DNA of 55,660 nucleotides, from the NCBI RefSeq assembly GCF_001194135.2, contig NC_068990.1, forward strand, positions 89,029,228-89,084,887. Reading direction: 5' to 3'. Below are positions 51,998 through 55,660 of the stretch, in pieces. The notes beneath the pieces are model-generated. The model had not been told where the DNA came from, made no database searches, and was given only the letters and a program-made list of their open reading frames with translations. Position 1 is the stretch's first letter, and every line of letters starts with the position of its first letter. This stretch comes from Octopus bimaculoides (Eukaryota). Position numbers and translations under genes: made by a program.

Positions 51998-52720
51998 ACT
52001 AGCAGAGATACCCGGCGTTGCCCGTGTTACATGCAATTGAAGAATTAAACTTTTCTGTTATATTTTCTCTAATGAACTGGAATACTTATGATTTAAATTT
52101 CATCAAAATTGCAGATGAGGGTTCTTTCCTTCTTTACACACTCTAAAAGAATTCTAATGATGACACATGTATCCCATACTACTGAACTTTATGCGCACGA
52201 AAGTGGAAATATTGATATTGTATGGCAGCAACGTTCAAACAGACGTGTTGAGTAGACACATCACCCAATTTTGGCTGTCTTGTGACTCCTATGTTTTTAT
52301 CAAGAAATTCATATTTTACAAAAAACAAAAAAGGTTTCCAGGTTTTTTTCATTTTTGACTTTTAACTTATCCTTTTTTCAGAGATTTTCTTGAAAATCCA
52401 CATTTAAAAATTCGGAGAACACGATTTTAGAAAAGAGTTTTTTTCAGAATTTCTATTTCTTAAAGACGATTGCTTACAATAATTTTCCACTTTCATTTTA
52501 TGACTATAAACCGAAAGAATCCCACAAAAGTTAAAGGTGTAAAACAACAAGCGGCAATCCTTCGATTCTGATACACGACGTCATTCACCAACACAATCTT
52601 CTCTAATGACATAGATAAAGAGGCTAGGCTGAAAAAGAGGGTGAACAATCTCTTAAAGAGGCTAGGCTGAAAAAGAGGGTGAACGATCTCTCCTCACACT
52701 GACACTGTAAATCTATACTG
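51998..52720. mobile_element. Probable non-autonomous Helitron/Helentron-like element in a (TA)n tract
   Basis: Terminus ACTAGCAGAGATACCCGGCGTTGCCCG next to (TA)n resembles known non-autonomous Helitron ends; no coding capacity; the other end is uncertain. Confidence 0.4.
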
Positions 52721-52734
52721 AAGCAACGTCCAAA

Positions 52735-52875
52735 TATGCGCGTTGACTTTGCCTTTCATCCTTTCGGGGTCGATTAAATAAGTACCAGTTACGCACTGGA
52801 GTCGATGGAATCGACCTAATCCTTTTGTCCTTGTTTGTCCCCTCTATGTTTAGCCCCTTGTGGGAAATAAAGAAA
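52735..52875 (+). mobile_element. SINE core family, 5'-truncated, little diverged
   Basis: TTGCCTTTCATCCTTTCGGGGTCGATTAAATAAGTACCAG core and GTCCCCTCTATGTTTAGCCCC tail. Confidence 0.85.
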
Positions 52876-52904
52876 TAAATATATATATATATGTAGTTAA
52901 TGCA

Positions 52905-53007
52905 GGCGAAGGTAAAGAATACGTACACCACCCGTTTTCGGCATAACAAAAACCCTAACCCTAATCCTAACCCTAAACTCCGGGTGTACGTATTCTTTAC
53001 TTTCGCC
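52905..53007. mobile_element. 103-bp MITE with 25-bp TIRs and internal (CCCTAA)n
   Basis: TIRs 52905-52929 and 52983-53007 (one mismatch); flanking direct repeats GTTAATGCA and ATTAATGCA. Confidence 0.85.
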
Positions 53008-53714
53008 ATTAATGCATATACATACAGTGGTCGAATTCGATGGGGAACCATAGGCATGTCTACATCAAGTAAACAAACAACTGTGAAATAATATCGGCAT
53101 GAGAGAAGATAATCGCCTTTACCCAGCAGATCGATACTAACTAGGCTTAAAAAATATAAAGAGCACCATTTCATTTGATATAATTAAACAGACTGGTGAA
53201 GGCACGAGACAATCCCGTGTCCTTTCCTCAGTTAAAATCAGGTCTGTTGCACTTGCAAGCTTTCTTAGTACAAATCCTGTTTAGGCAGACTTAGCCTTTC
53301 ATCACTCACACCGTGCACAAATACAAACATACACACATATGTATATGTTTTCAGCAGTATGTGTATGTGTGTGTGTACGTATGTGTATAAATATTTAAAT
53401 ATATAAACAATTACAGACGTGCGCGTGCACACACACACACACACACCAAGAGAGAGAGAGAGAGAAGCAAATAATTGATTCCCTATTTCAGGACTTAAAT
53501 TTTTGTTTCATGAAGAATGTATTCATTAGGTACTTTTATTTTCTAATTATATATTATAAGAGCAATCATATGTAACCTATATATAATGCTGGTGTATACA
53601 TATCCGTTTATCTAATAGCCAAAACTAAAAATGGAAAAAGAGGAACAAAGAAAGAAAAAGAAAGAGAAAAAAAAGAAAGAAAAACGGGGAAAAAACATCA
53701 ATGCAACACCAAGT

Positions 53715-55500
53715 ACTTCAATTGGTTGCACACCACAAGGTTCGACGGAACTTACTGAAGCAAGTCAACATGCTCATGGCATTACCATGGGTGATAGCGA
53801 GGCTAAGGCGTTGAAACAGCCAAGCACCTTCATGGGCATCATCTGACACCTCGGTAAGGCGAGCCGCCAACAACGACAAGAACTTCGGCGTTAGCGGCTC
53901 AACCCCCTTCCAAACGTCTCAAATGACACAGGCTGGAAGAGATGGTTCACTGACAGGTCTCAATACTTAAAAATTTTGTTCCGTTCAGCTACGGAAGCAG
54001 TGGTCCTCCCATTTACGCAGCATCCAGGATGTGGGAGGGACAAAAGGAATCACAGACTGTGGCATCCCAGATGAGGCACCTACCTCTTGCCCAGGAAAAA
54101 ATGGGTAAGATCATTTGGACTCTTCACATCACTTCTGGATAATCCCGCCAGCTCCAGTTCTGAGGGGATATTAACCCGAGACAGGGCCCGCTAAATGATC
54201 AAGTTTAGCTCGGTGTGACGAGCGAAGTGATCGGCATTTAGGCGGCAAAACAAACCGTGAAAACCTGTGGATTCAAGGGGCCTACCACAGCAACATCTCA
54301 GTCCCCTACAGACGTCGGCTCCCATTCTGAGTGCGATGGAAATGCGGAGCTCATCTAGACTGAGTAGACCACCAATGTGTCTAGAATTTTTCACAAGCAG
54401 GAAGTAGGCGGCACCTTGAAAATTGATCAGGTTGATCAAAGAGAGAGTCGAAAGTGACACTTGAGCGCAGATTGTCCCATACTCTCTGCTTTTGTCTATC
54501 CTCAATTGTAACAGGAACTGACAAACCCAGCTCTCTCCACTGTAACAGAACTTCATCCATCTCCTTGTTGGAACTAGTTCATGTTGGAGAGAAAGCAAAA
54601 CAGGGAAGAGATAGAGATATAAGCACTACGCAAACCTAGGCCCCCAAACCGTTTGGGCAAAGCATCCTGGTCGTGGGACTCTGGAGAGAATCTGACAATG
54701 ACCAAGCTTTCGAGTTTCCTGAAGATTGGATCATCAAAGCATCGGAGAGATGACAAGAATCTATAAGGACTAACTCTGAGAAAATACAATTTAGGAATCG
54801 ACAAGTAATTCCTAAGTATTAAAAAATCTTGGTTGGCCTCAATTACCTCAAAGTTTTTTAGAAGTTACTCAAGGTTAACCATCTTGAGTCGAAAGATGGA
54901 CTCGGAAGCTCGGTCGGTAATTTGGGGCTCCAACGGAGCACCATGCTGATGAAGGAGGAACCGCGATAGAAGGGAAGGAGTCTGTAAACAAGTTTACAGT
55001 CTGCTGATGTGAAACTGGATGGCTAAGGAGCCAGAGCACACATTTGAAACTGTTACGGTTAAGCCCCCTACGACCAAGTTCCTCAATCATCGTCCTCGCA
55101 GTTGCAAGGACTTTGTCGGGGGGGAGAGCCTACCCCACCAAAACAAGCATCGTAGAGATACCAGACATTCAAGTCTAGGTCAGCTCCCGTCGTGGTAACA
55201 TCATCATTACCCAGTGCAAACAGAGCAGGCCCAAGTGGGTCACCTTATTGGACTCCAGAGGCAGATAGGATGAGGTGGTCACCAAAAGAGAGGTAAGAGG
55301 GCTTCTGATAAGCTTGAGAGATGTGGGGCATTCTCCCTTACTACCCGGAGGGTGACATCCCGACTGATGGAACTGAAGGCATTCCTAAAGTCTAGTTTGA
55401 GGATGACCTTTTGGGGCTGAGAGAGTAAGTTGGTAAAAGCTCTAGTGGCATGAGATGAGCAGCACCCTCACAACCTAGCTTAGCACCCAAGAAGTTGGGG
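53715..55500 (-). mobile_element. CRE-clade non-LTR retrotransposon, 5'-truncated and decayed (RT, Cys/His knuckle, restriction-like endonuclease)
   Basis: KLDFRNAFSSI, GVQ*GDPLGPALF, LNVWYLYD, LPKRFGGLGLRSA, RISIALRMGADVC...CCCGRPLESTGFHGLFC...RHTELN, LIWDATV, FETFG and LFQRLSLAITHGNA, in collinear order. Confidence 0.85.
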
Positions 55501-55660
55501 AAAATTCGTTTTTTCTTTTTTTTTTTTTGTAGATTTATAGCTCGAAACATCAACATTTTGTAATGTTTCGACAAAATGTCATTTAAAGATATGCATGTTA
55601 AAGAGATTTATGAGGAAACAAATTCGGGAAGAGGAAGAATGATCTGAAACTCCTCCAATT

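Noticed and set aside
52951-52977. True telomere or chromosome-fusion scar
   Set aside because: Only about four units, one degenerate, enclosed by TIRs.

Overview
AT-rich, microsatellite- and transposon-dense eukaryotic genomic DNA. The repeat landscape (tRNA-headed SINEs with (CAT)n or (AAT)n tails, RTE, Penelope, R4/Dong, mariner) looks like an octopod cephalopod; this is an inference from recognised repeat families, not a database result. The genic content is two head-to-tail, minus-strand, intron-containing SLC18B1-like (vesicular polyamine transporter family, MFS) genes. Gene A has a complete 13-exon CDS (47153 to 18889, 1467 nt, 488 aa) with all intron phases compatible. Gene B is a strongly diverged tandem paralog: its first four coding exons (8657 to 1448) are present, and the rest presumably lies beyond the left edge. 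Introns and the intergenic spacer hold decayed elements from many superfamilies (Penelope, CR1, RTE, Tx1, R4/Dong, CRE, Gypsy, mariner, Merlin, piggyBac-type MITE, probable Helitron). Most worth following up: the divergence of paralog B, a tRNA-headed element with a minimal hammerhead ribozyme fold, an unexplained CpG-rich island with a 12-bp array and long open frames on both strands, a candidate 17-nt poison microexon, a perfect 41-bp hairpin, a MITE carrying telomere-type repeats, and a CRE-clade retrotransposon. No CRISPR array or prokaryotic system was seen. Transposon boundaries are approximate unless terminal repeats are quoted.
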